Positions 11,378-20,083 of a DNA stretch of 64,000 nucleotides are shown here, in pieces (the stretch's first letter is position 1; each line of letters starts with the position of its first letter). The position numbers and the translations under genes were made by a program. Where the stretch lies: positions 36,494-100,493 of the forward strand of contig JBBRRZ010000011.1 of assembly GCA_038245845.1 (NCBI GenBank), given 5' to 3'. The stretch is from Candidatus Limnocylindrales bacterium. GTDB taxonomy: Bacteria > Chloroflexota > Limnocylindria > Limnocylindrales > CSP1-4. A model generated the notes under the pieces. That model was not told where the DNA came from and searched no databases. It saw only the letters and a list, made by a program, of their open reading frames with translations.

Positions 11378-11475
11378 GGGGAGCGCCCAACGTGCGCTGA
11401 GAGTCTGGTGCAGACCAGAGACCCGCGGAACCTGATCCGGTTCGTACCGGTGGAGGAAGCAGGCCCGCACGCGTC
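11378..11475 (+). promoter_or_regulatory. TPP (THI-box) riboswitch
   Basis: GGGGAGCGCC...GCGCUGAGAGUCUGG...ACCCGCGGAACCUGAUCCGGUUCGUACCGGUGGAGGAAG matches the conserved THI-element cores (CUGAGA, ACCC..GAACCUGAUCCGGUU.UACCGG..AGGAAG). It is 60 nt upstream of a ThiY-like binding-protein gene. Confidence 0.8.
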
Positions 11476-11534
11476 GACGCCGTCCCCGGCACACCGGAGG
11501 CGGCGTTCTGCTTGCCTGGAGGCCCGCCGCGTCC

Positions 11535-12638
11535 GTGAATACCCGATCCGACAACCGAACCCGGAGCCCGCTGCTCGCCCTTGCCCTCGTGATCGTCGTT
11601 GCCGCGTGTGGCTCGGGTGGCGGATCGGCGAGCTCGTCCAGCGCCGACTCGGCCGCACCCACCCCGGCACCGTCGACGTCTGTTGCGACGTCCGCCACCC
11701 CGACCGCCGCGCCCGTCACGGTGCGCCTCGCGCTGGACTGGACGCCGAACACGAACCACATCGGCTTCTACGTCGCCCAAGCGAAGGCCTGGTACGCCGA
11801 CGCCGGGATCACCCTCGACATCCTGCCCTACGGCACGACCGCGCCCGAGGCGGTCCTCGCCGCCCACCAGGCCGAGTGCGGGATCAGCTTCCAGGACGCG
11901 TTGACGTTCGCCGTCGCGGCCGGTGCGCCGATCACCTCGACGATGGCGATCCTCCAGCGTACGGCGCAGGAGATCGCGGTCCTCGACTCGTCGTCGATCA
12001 CGCGGCCCAAGGACCTCGACGGCAAGGTGTACGCGGGCTTCGGCTACCCCAACGAGGTTCCGACGCTCCAGGCCGTCATCCGCCACGACGGCGGGACGGG
12101 CACCTTTGACAGCGTCACCGTCGACACGGCGGCCTACGAGGCGCTGTACGCGAAGCGGGCCGACTTCGTGATCACGTTCAGCGCGTGGGAGGGCATCGAG
12201 GCGGGCATGCGCAAGATCCCGCTGCGCACGTTCCAGTTCACCGACTACGGGTTCCCGGACTTCTACCAGGTCGTCCTCGCCTGTGACCGGGACTGGCTGG
12301 CGAAGGAGCCTGCGGCGGCGAAGGCGTTCATCGCCGCGACCGTGAACGGCTTCGAGTTCGCAGCCGCCAACCCCGAGGATGCCGCCGCGCTGCTCGTCGC
12401 GGCGAACCCCGGCGTGTTCGATGCCAACCCGGACCTGCCGAAGGCATCCGCGGTGTTCCTCGCGGACCACAAGCTGTTCATCGATGCGAATGGCGCCGTC
12501 GGCGTCCAGACCCTGGCAGAGTGGACCGGCTACTCGTCGTTCCTGTACGACCAGGGCCTGCTCGTGGACGCGAATGGCAAGCCGCTGGCCGCCGCGCCGG
12601 ATTATGGGTCGCTGTTCACGAACGAGTTCCTGCCCTGA
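11535..12638 (+). CDS. ABC transporter substrate-binding lipoprotein, NMT1/THI5-like (ThiY-type thiamine-precursor binding protein)
   Basis: Signal peptide with lipobox VAACGS. NMT1/THI5 family features (LDWTPNTNHIGFYVA, FGYPNE). Under a TPP riboswitch. Confidence 0.85.
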   Translation: MNTRSDNRTRSPLLALALVIVVAACGSGGGSASSSSADSAAPTPAPSTSVATSATPTAAPVTVRLALDWTPNTNHIGFYVAQAKAWYADAGITLDILPYGTTAPEAVLAAHQAECGISFQDALTFAVAAGAPITSTMAILQRTAQEIAVLDSSSITRPKDLDGKVYAGFGYPNEVPTLQAVIRHDGGTGTFDSVTVDTAAYEALYAKRADFVITFSAWEGIEAGMRKIPLRTFQFTDYGFPDFYQVVLACDRDWLAKEPAAAKAFIAATVNGFEFAAANPEDAAALLVAANPGVFDANPDLPKASAVFLADHKLFIDANGAVGVQTLAEWTGYSSFLYDQGLLVDANGKPLAAAPDYGSLFTNEFLP

Positions 12639-12651
12639 GCGCGGCCTGATC

Positions 12652-13428
12652 GTGCGTGACCGGCTCCCGGCCATCGCGCTCGTCGCGGCGATCCTTGTCG
12701 CGTGGGAGGCGTACGCGCGCCTGACCGGGGTGTCAGCGGTCGTCCTGCCGGCGCCGTCGCGGATCGTGGCGGCCCTGTGGGACTACCGCGCGGACGCGTG
12801 GCGACACACGATCCCGACCGTCATCGAGACCGTCCTCGGGTTCTCGATCGCGGTCGTGCTCGCGGTGGGGGCTGCGGTGCTGATGGATCGGACGCCATCG
12901 GTGCGGCGTGCCGTGGAGCCGATCCTGGTCACGTCCCAGACGATCCCGATCGTCGCCGTGGCGCCCCTGTTCCTGCTGTGGTTCGGATTCGGCTTGCTAC
13001 CGAAGGTCCTGATCGTCGTGCTGGTGACGTTCTTCCCGATCGTCGTCGCACTGCTCGACGGGTTCCGGTCCGCCGCACCCGCGGCGTCCGACCTGCTGCG
13101 CTCGTACGGCGCCACCGACTGGCAGGCATTCCGGGCGCTGCGCTGGCCCGCGGCGCTGCCCTCGTTGTTCATCGGCCTGCGGATCAGCGTCGTGTACGCG
13201 GTGATCGGGGCGGTGTTCGGGGAGTACGTGGGAGCCCGCGAGGGGCTGGGGATCTGGATGCAGCTCTCGCAGAACTCGTTCCGGACGGACCTCGTGTTCG
13301 CGGCGATCATCGTGACCAGCGCACTCTCGATTGCGCTCTACTGGCTGGTGGGCGTGTTGCGCTCGGCGATGATTCCCTGGGCACCCGGGGTCAGGGCGGA
13401 GCCGGACGTCGAGGACCAGCCGTTCTGA
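12652..13428 (+). CDS. ABC transporter permease (NitT/TauT family), cotranscribed with the ThiY-like binding protein
   Basis: Six predicted TM segments. The EAA-like loop is not read explicitly, but the composition is typical of a BPD_transp_1 permease. The GTG at 12652 lies 14 nt after the binding-protein stop. No ATPase gene follows. Confidence 0.75.
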   Translation: MRDRLPAIALVAAILVAWEAYARLTGVSAVVLPAPSRIVAALWDYRADAWRHTIPTVIETVLGFSIAVVLAVGAAVLMDRTPSVRRAVEPILVTSQTIPIVAVAPLFLLWFGFGLLPKVLIVVLVTFFPIVVALLDGFRSAAPAASDLLRSYGATDWQAFRALRWPAALPSLFIGLRISVVYAVIGAVFGEYVGAREGLGIWMQLSQNSFRTDLVFAAIIVTSALSIALYWLVGVLRSAMIPWAPGVRAEPDVEDQPF

Positions 13429-13473
13429 CAGCTGAGCCGGGTGCGCGGGACTCACGTTCGTCCGGATCGCGCC

Positions 13474-13662
13474 GCCGGCCCCTCGCCGGCCCCTCGCCGG
13501 CCCCTCGCCGGCCCCTCGCCGGCCCCTCGCCGGCCCCTCGCCGGCCCCCGCCCTCGCCGGCCCCCGCTCTCGCCGGCGCCCGTCGCCGGCCCTAGCCCTC
13601 GCCCGTCGCCGGCCCTAGCGCTCGCCCCTCGCCGGCCCTAGCGCTCGCCCCGGCCATTACTC
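13474..13662. repeat. Tandem repeat with a 12-bp unit (CCCCTCGCCGGC), at least 6 perfect copies followed by degenerate 15-18 bp copies
   Basis: Read directly: gccggcccctcgccggcccctcgccggcccctcgccggcccctcgccggcccctcgccggcccctcgccggcccccgccctcgccggcccccgctctcgccggcgcccgtcgccggccctagccctcgcccgtcgccggccctagcgctcgcc... Confidence 0.75.
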
Positions 13663-13775
13663 ACACGGGTAGCAGCGCGGGCGAGTGGACGAATCGGCCC
13701 CCAATCGGCCCCACTCAGGACTCCCGCGGGTAGGCGGGGCTAGATCGCTCTCTTGCAACCGGGCCAGGAGTATCT

Positions 13776-13880
13776 GGGGATGCGGCCGGGCGAGCAGCGC
13801 GGGGATGCGGCCGGCGAACGGCCGGGGATCCGGCCGCGCGAGCAGCGCGGGGATCCGGCCGCGGGACCGAGCGGGCGAGC
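13776..13880. repeat. Direct repeats of about 24 bp (GGGGATGCGGCCGGGCGAGCAGCGC), four copies with increasing divergence
   Basis: ggggatgcggccgggcgagcagcgc, ggggatgcggccggcgaacggcc, ggggatccggccgcgcgagcagcgc, ggggatccggccgcgggaccgagcgggcgagc. Confidence 0.6.
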
Positions 13881-13934
13881 CGTGGCGAACCACGCCGTCG
13901 ACGAATCTGGATGCGGCGGCGCACACTGCCCGCG

Positions 13935-14747
13935 ATGTCGGCAACCGACGAACCCGATCGAGAACCCGAACCCGAGCAGCTCCTCGCCGGTGGCATGGGC
14001 TCCGGCGGTGCCGTCGTCCGGGTCGGTGACACGGTGCGCCGCCCCATCCGACCCCACAGCGCCGCCGTCGCCGCGTTCCTCCGCCATCTCGAGGCGGTGG
14101 GGTTCGACGGCGCGCCGCGGTTCCTCGGCATCGACTCGCAGGGCCGCGAGATCCTCACCTTCGTCGAGGGCGAGGTCGGCCTGCCGCCGTTCCCGGCGTG
14201 GGTCGGCGACGAGGGGATCCTCCTCGGTGTCGCACGATTGCAGCGGGCGCTGCATGACGCTGCCGGCACGTTCGAGCCGCCGCCCGACGCCGCGTGGGAC
14301 CGCCCGAACCTGCCGCCGCCCGCGACCGGTGCAATCGTGTGCCACAACGACCTGTGCGTCGAGAACGTCGTCGTCCGGGACGGCCGCGTCGTCGCGTTCA
14401 TCGACTTCGACTTCGCCGCCCCGTCGGACCCGCTCCTCGACATCGCCATCGCGGCCCGCCACTGGATCCCGATCCGGGACGCAGCGGACATGGATCCGGC
14501 GCTCCGTGGCCTCGACCAGATTGCCCGCTTCCGCGCCTTCGCCGATGCCCATGGGCTCGACCCGGCGGCTCGTGCTGCCGTCGTCGCCCACCTCGGCCCC
14601 TTCCTCGACCGCGCGCTCGTCTCGATGCGCACCCGCGCCGAGTCCGGGCTCGAGGCGTACGTCAACGCCTGGCAGGCGGGCTACCCGGACCAGAACCGCC
14701 GCTCGCGGGCGTGGCTCGACGCGCACGCGGCGAAGCTCCTCGGGTGA
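13935..14747 (+). CDS. Phosphotransferase-family kinase (APH/choline-kinase-like)
   Basis: Catalytic loop HNDLCVENVVV (Brenner motif HxDxxxxN) and IDFDFAAPSDPLLDIA (DFD metal-binding motif). Confidence 0.7.
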   Translation: MSATDEPDREPEPEQLLAGGMGSGGAVVRVGDTVRRPIRPHSAAVAAFLRHLEAVGFDGAPRFLGIDSQGREILTFVEGEVGLPPFPAWVGDEGILLGVARLQRALHDAAGTFEPPPDAAWDRPNLPPPATGAIVCHNDLCVENVVVRDGRVVAFIDFDFAAPSDPLLDIAIAARHWIPIRDAADMDPALRGLDQIARFRAFADAHGLDPAARAAVVAHLGPFLDRALVSMRTRAESGLEAYVNAWQAGYPDQNRRSRAWLDAHAAKLLG

Positions 14748-14798
14748 CCGTCGGCTCTGCGATCATCGATGCCATCGACCACATGCCAGAGGTGGAAC

Positions 14799-16112
14799 AT
14801 GGCTGACGGCCGCACGATCGTGTTCTTCCCCGAGGGTGCCTACGGGCCGACGAACAACTGCGTCGGCATCGGCACCGTCCTTCGCGCGCGCGGCCACCGC
14901 GTCGTGTTCATCGTGGAGGAGTCGTTCGCTGGCAGCCTCGAGGCGAAGGGCTTCGAGGAGCGGTTGATGCGCGTGGGGCCCGCGCCCGAGGAGCCCGAGA
15001 TCCCCGGCCAGTTCTGGATCGACTTCATCCGGGACACGTCGCCCGTGTTCCGCAAGCCCACCATCGACCAGCTGGGCGAGTTCATCGCACCCACGTTCCA
15101 GGCGCTGATCGACGGGGCGAAGTACGTCCACCCGCGGCTGGAGGAGATCATCGGGGAGCTGGAGCCCGACGCGATCGTCGAGGACAACGTCGTCTCGTTC
15201 CCGACGATCATGGCCACGCGTCACCCGTGGGTCCGGATCGTGTCGTGCAACCCCGCCGAGGCGAAGGACCCGCGGATCGCGCCGTTCTCCTCGGGCTACC
15301 CGGTCGCGGACACGTCGGCCTGGCCGGCGTTCCTCGACGAGGTGGAGCGGACCCATCGAGACATGTGGAACGACTTCGACGCGTTCTGCCGGGAGCGCGG
15401 CGCGGGCGGGCTCACGTGGACGGGCACCGGGCCCGACTTCATGCACGAATCGCCGTTCCTCAACCTGTACTCGTACCCCGCCGAGGCCGACTACGCCCGC
15501 GCGAACCCGCTCCCGCAGACGTGGCACCAGCTCGACTCCACCGTCCGTGCCGCCGATGCAACGTGGGAGCTGCCAGCGTCGCTGGCGAGGCACCCGGGAG
15601 CGCTGATCTACCTTTCGCTCGGGAGCCTGGGATCGGCGGACGTCGGCCTCATGCAGCGGCTGGTGGACGTGCTGGGGCGGACCGACCACCGGGTCATCGT
15701 CTCGAAGGGGCCGCTGGCGGACCAGATCACGCTCCACGACAACATGACCGGCGATGGGTTCCTGCCCCAGCCCGCGATCCTGCCGCTGGTCGATCTCGTG
15801 ATCACGCACGGGGGCAACAACACGGTCGTCGAGTCGTTCCATCACGGCAAGCCGATGGTCGTGCTGCCCCTGTTCTGGGACCAGGTCGACAACGCCCAAC
15901 GCGTCGAGGAGACGGGGTTCGGGCGTCGGCTGGCCACGTACGACTTCGAGGACGGCGAGCTCACCGGGGCGATCAACGCGCTGCTCGGGGATCGTGCGCT
16001 CGGCGCGCGGCTCGCGGCTGTGTCTGCCCGGATGCAGGCGTCGCGCGGGACCGTGCGGGCGGCGGACCTCGTCGAGCGGGTCGCGATCACCGGCCGACCG
16101 GTGACGCGCTGA
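14799..16112 (+). CDS. GT1-family glycosyltransferase (UDP-glycosyltransferase/MGT-like)
   Basis: C-terminal UDPGT signature HGGNNTVVESFHHGKPMVVLPLFWDQVDNAQRVEETGFG. About 437 aa, typical of GT-B macrolide-type glycosyltransferases. Confidence 0.8.
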   Translation: MADGRTIVFFPEGAYGPTNNCVGIGTVLRARGHRVVFIVEESFAGSLEAKGFEERLMRVGPAPEEPEIPGQFWIDFIRDTSPVFRKPTIDQLGEFIAPTFQALIDGAKYVHPRLEEIIGELEPDAIVEDNVVSFPTIMATRHPWVRIVSCNPAEAKDPRIAPFSSGYPVADTSAWPAFLDEVERTHRDMWNDFDAFCRERGAGGLTWTGTGPDFMHESPFLNLYSYPAEADYARANPLPQTWHQLDSTVRAADATWELPASLARHPGALIYLSLGSLGSADVGLMQRLVDVLGRTDHRVIVSKGPLADQITLHDNMTGDGFLPQPAILPLVDLVITHGGNNTVVESFHHGKPMVVLPLFWDQVDNAQRVEETGFGRRLATYDFEDGELTGAINALLGDRALGARLAAVSARMQASRGTVRAADLVERVAITGRPVTR

Positions 16113-16878
16113 TGGCGACCCCGGAGCCGCAGGAGCAGCCCCAGCCGTCGGACCAGGAGCCGCGGCAGCCGCCGGCCACCCCGAATCCGCCGGCGCCCCC
16201 GATGTCGTCGGCACCCCCGATCCCGCCCGCCGCGCCGGTGAACCCACTCCGGGAGCTGCTGTTCGCCGACCTGCCACCGGCGCCGGCGCGGGCGACGTTC
16301 GCCCGGGGTGGGGCGGCGACCGCATACGTCGTGGCGCTCGCAGACGCCGCCGATGCGCTGGATGCCGATGACGCCCGGCGCGCGCTGGCGACCGCCCCGC
16401 CCGCGGACCGCGAGACGCGGATGCACCTGCAGGCGTGGTCACTCGCGCGTGTGGCGGGCGTGGAACCGGGCGAGGATGCGAAGGACGTGCTGGGCGTCGT
16501 GGTGGACGTGGCGATCGACGCGGGCGTGGACACGCTCGCGGGGTTCGTCGACGGGTCGGCACGCACCTCCACCACCTGGGCGGCGGGGTGGTGTGGGAGA
16601 CGCCTGACATGGCGGTCGGGCAGCTCGTGCGCGTCCTGCTGGAGGAGGCGGCGGTCGTCGTGGTCATGGGCGGGCCGCTCGTCAGGCCTCGACCCGCGCC
16701 GCCGCTGGGCGACCACACGATGGTCTCGGTGCTCACGCGCGGCGGGGTGTACATCGGCAGCGGCGACTCAGGCTCGATGGCGGCCGACGCCCGCGGCGGT
16801 CCGATGATCCAGGCGGCGAGCGAGCTGCTCAAGCTCCTCGTCCAGCGCTCGAACCAGGCGAACCCCGGAGGCCGGTAG
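16113..16878 (+). pseudogene. Hypothetical Pro-rich protein whose reading frame switches (+1) near 16565-16590. It may be a frameshifted gene, a sequence error, or two overlapping small genes
   Basis: Frame 1 from the ATG at 16113 (MATPEPQEQPQPSDQEPRQPP...AGFVDGSA) is protein-like up to about 16570 and then becomes W/R/S-rich junk. The +1 frame is junk before about 16575 and protein-like afterwards (HLGGGVVWETPDMAVGQLVRVLLEEAAVVVVMGGPLV...ELLKLLVQRSNQ) up to the stop at 16876-16878. Confidence 0.35.
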
Positions 16879-17049
16879 CGCGAGGGCTTGTCGGTCATGC
16901 CGCACACCACCCTCGGCCGTGGTCGACGAGCGCCGGGTGTCGAGCGGGCGTCGTCGCACGCTGTGGTCTCCGCTGGAACGACCGGGGCGCGTGGCGCACA
17001 ATCGAGCGACGCACCCCGACCGCGGCAAACTCCGCCAGCCAGCGTGCCC

Positions 17050-18516
17050 ATGGAGGCCCTCGTGACCGAGACCCTGATCCCCGCGAAGACGTACCAGCAG
17101 TTCATCGGCGGCCAGTGGGTGGATTCCGCGTCGGGCGAGACGCTCGCCGTCGAGAACCCGGCCACGGCCCAGGTCATCGCCCACGTGCCGTCGTCGGGCC
17201 AGGTGGACGTGGACCGCGCGGTCGACGCGGCCGAGGCCGCCTTCGAGACCTGGAGCCTGACCACGCCCCAGACCCGCAGCCTCGCGCTGCTCAAGATCGC
17301 GGACATCCTGGACGCCAACGCGGACGAGCTCGGCCGCCTCGAGTCGAGCCAGACGGGCAAGCCGGTCGGCGCCGCCATCGACGAGATGACGACCTCGTCC
17401 GACCTGTTCCGCTTCTTCGCCGGTGCGTGCCGCGTGATGGAGGGCCTCGCGGTCACGGAGTACCTCGAGGGCCACACCTCGATGATCCGGCGCGACCCGA
17501 TCGGCGTGGTCGCCTCGATCGCGCCCTGGAACTACCCGCTGTACATGGCTGCGTGGAAGCTCGGGCCGGCGCTGGCGACCGGCAACACCGTCGTCCTCAA
17601 GCCGTCGGCCCGAACGCCCCTGTCCGCCCTGCGCTTCGCGGAGCTGGTCGCGGACGAGCTGCCCGCGGGCGTCCTCAACGTGCTCTCGGGCTCCGGTGGG
17701 GCGATGGGCGACATGCTCGTCTCGCACCCCAAGGTCCGCATGGTCTCGATCACGGGCGACACCGTGACCGGCAAGCACATCGCGCAGGTCGCCTCGGGCA
17801 CGGTCAAGCGGCTCCACCTGGAGCTCGGCGGCAAGGCCCCGGTGATCGTGTTCGACGACGCGGACGTGGAGCTCGCGGCCGAGATCCTCAAGTCCGCCAG
17901 CTACTGGAACGGCGGCCAGGACTGCACCGCGGCCTGCCGCGTCATCGCCGGCCCGGCGGTCTACGACAAGTTCATCGCGGCGCTGTCGGACCAGGTGAAG
18001 ACGATCAAGTGGGGCAACCCCGCCGACGCCGACGATCTCGACATGGGCTCGCTCATCGCCGGCGTCCACGCCGACAAGGTCGAGGGCATGGTCAACCGTG
18101 CCCTCGAGGCGAACGCGGAGCTGGTGCTGGGCGGCAAGCGGCCGGACCGCCCGGGCGCCTACTTCGAGCCGACGATCATCGCGAACCCCGACCAGCGCTC
18201 CGAGATCGTCCAGGACGAGGTCTTCGGGCCGGTCGTGACGGTCCAGCGCTTCTCGGACGAGGAACAGGCGGTCAACTGGGCGAACGACGTCAAGTTCGGC
18301 CTCGCGTCCTCGATCTTCACGGGCTCGATCGGCAAGGCGATGCGTGTCGCGCGCCGGCTCCAGTTCGGGACCGTGTGGATCAACGAGCACTTCACGCTGG
18401 CCTCCGAGACCCCGCACGGCGGCGTCAAGGAGTCCGGCTGGGGCAAGGACGGGTCCAAGTACGCGCTCGAGGACTACACCTCGATCAAGCACATCACGAT
18501 CAACACGGGCGTCTGA
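17050..18516 (+). CDS. NAD(P)-dependent aldehyde dehydrogenase
   Basis: ALDH family signatures: ELGGKAP (Glu active-site region), FTGS...G, Cys region QDCTAACR. 488 aa from the ATG at 17050. Confidence 0.85.
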   Translation: MEALVTETLIPAKTYQQFIGGQWVDSASGETLAVENPATAQVIAHVPSSGQVDVDRAVDAAEAAFETWSLTTPQTRSLALLKIADILDANADELGRLESSQTGKPVGAAIDEMTTSSDLFRFFAGACRVMEGLAVTEYLEGHTSMIRRDPIGVVASIAPWNYPLYMAAWKLGPALATGNTVVLKPSARTPLSALRFAELVADELPAGVLNVLSGSGGAMGDMLVSHPKVRMVSITGDTVTGKHIAQVASGTVKRLHLELGGKAPVIVFDDADVELAAEILKSASYWNGGQDCTAACRVIAGPAVYDKFIAALSDQVKTIKWGNPADADDLDMGSLIAGVHADKVEGMVNRALEANAELVLGGKRPDRPGAYFEPTIIANPDQRSEIVQDEVFGPVVTVQRFSDEEQAVNWANDVKFGLASSIFTGSIGKAMRVARRLQFGTVWINEHFTLASETPHGGVKESGWGKDGSKYALEDYTSIKHITINTGV

Positions 18517-18586
18517 CGACGTCCGTGCCGGGTCGCCCCCACCGCCGGCCCGTCCGGCGGCTGCGCCGATTCCCGGCGGCGCACTC

Positions 18587-20083
18587 GTGACCGTTGACCG
18601 GTCGGCGATCTCGGCCGCCGTCCGGGCGCTGGACCTCGGGGTGCTGGCCGCCCGTCGCTGGTACGCGACCAAGGACGGGACGCCATCCTCGGCGTCGCTT
18701 GCTCATGCGTTCGCGCTCGCGGACGACGCCGTGTTCGCGCTCGTGGACGTGCGGGCGGGGGAGCGACAGGACCGGTACGCGGTGCCGTTCGTGCTCGACG
18801 CGGGTGCGTGGCGGGAGGCCGAGGGCGGTGACGGGGCGTGGCGGGCGCTCGCGGCTGCGATCGCCGAGGGTCGCACGATCGCGGCGCTCAGCCGAGACGG
18901 GCTGCCGGCCGGGGCTGCCGCGACCGGTGCGCCGGGCACGTCCCGTGGTGTCGGTGCGGTCGCGGCTGCGCTCGTCTGCCGGCCGTCACCGGCGTTCGAA
19001 GACGTCTGGGGCGGTGCGCCTCGCGACGTGGCGACCGCCGCTGAGCGACCGCTGGGCCGCGACCAGTCGAACACCTCGGTCGTGATCGGAGAGCGGCTGC
19101 TGCTCAAGGGCTTCCGGCGCATCCAGCCGGGCCTCAACCCGGACCTCGAGCTGACGGCATATCTCAGCGAGGAGGCGGGTTTCACCGGGGTTCCGCGTCT
19201 CGCCGGCTGGGCGGAGGTCGTGACCCGCGACAGCGGCGTGTCCACCGTCGCGATGCTCCAGGCCTTCATTGCCGACGCGCACGACGCGTACGAGCAGACC
19301 GCGGAGTTCCTGGCTGACCTCGTCGCAGCGCCGGGCTCGGTCAGCCTGGAGTGGGCGACGGACGTCGCGGCGGACCTGGGCACGCTCGTCGCCGGGCTCC
19401 ACGCGGCGCTGTCAACGCCACCACCGGACGCGCCCGACCTCGCGCCCCGGGAGGCGAACCGGGAAGAGCTCCGCGCCTGGCGGATGGACGCACATCGGCA
19501 GTTGAACCTCGCGGTCGCCGCGGTGACGACCGTCGATCCGGTCGTCGCGGCGGAGCTGCGGGACCAGGCGTCGGCGATCGCCGCACGGGCCTCGCGCTTC
19601 GAGGCCGTGGCCACCACGCCGATCGTCATGCGGATCCACGCGGACCTCCACCTCGGGCAGATCCTCGTGGGCGAGGACGGGTATCGGGTCATCGACTTCG
19701 AGGGGGAGCCGCTCCGGCCGATCGAGGAGCGGCGGCGGCGTGACTCGCCGCTGCGGGACGTCGCGTCACTGCTTCGCTCGCTGAACCACGTCGCGCGCAG
19801 CGCCCGACGGCGCGCGGATCGGCGCGAGGGCGGTCCGGTCGTGCGCCCGGGTCTCGACATCGACGCCTGGATCGAGCGCGCACGGACCCGGTTCATCACC
19901 GCCTATGTGGAGGGGATCCGCCAGTCCGGCGCGCCAATCGTGGTCGACCTGGACCTGCTCGACGCGTTCGAGGTGGCCAAGGAGTCGTACGAGTTCGTCT
20001 ACGCCGCCACGGTGCTGCCATCATGGCTGTGGGCGCCGCGCGAAGGCATGCGCTGGCTGCTGGAGCATGGAGAGCCGGGATGA
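18587..20083 (+). CDS. mak: Maltokinase (Mak/Pep2-like; maltose 1-phosphate-forming)
   Basis: C-terminal kinase core IHADLHLGQILV...YRVIDFEGEP...R.LRDVASLLRSL matches Mak/Pep2. No ATG is present at the 5' end, so the start is tentatively set at the GTG at 18587. Confidence 0.7.
   Translation: MTVDRSAISAAVRALDLGVLAARRWYATKDGTPSSASLAHAFALADDAVFALVDVRAGERQDRYAVPFVLDAGAWREAEGGDGAWRALAAAIAEGRTIAALSRDGLPAGAAATGAPGTSRGVGAVAAALVCRPSPAFEDVWGGAPRDVATAAERPLGRDQSNTSVVIGERLLLKGFRRIQPGLNPDLELTAYLSEEAGFTGVPRLAGWAEVVTRDSGVSTVAMLQAFIADAHDAYEQTAEFLADLVAAPGSVSLEWATDVAADLGTLVAGLHAALSTPPPDAPDLAPREANREELRAWRMDAHRQLNLAVAAVTTVDPVVAAELRDQASAIAARASRFEAVATTPIVMRIHADLHLGQILVGEDGYRVIDFEGEPLRPIEERRRRDSPLRDVASLLRSLNHVARSARRRADRREGGPVVRPGLDIDAWIERARTRFITAYVEGIRQSGAPIVVDLDLLDAFEVAKESYEFVYAATVLPSWLWAPREGMRWLLEHGEPG

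Noticed and set aside
13474-13662. CRISPR array
   Set aside because: The 12-bp units are directly tandem with no spacers, and no cas genes are nearby.
14763-17477. 904-aa minus-strand ORF
   Set aside because: It is antisense to the GT1 glycosyltransferase and the aldehyde dehydrogenase, both of which have clear motifs. It has an Arg/Pro/Gly-rich composition typical of antisense frames in high-GC DNA.
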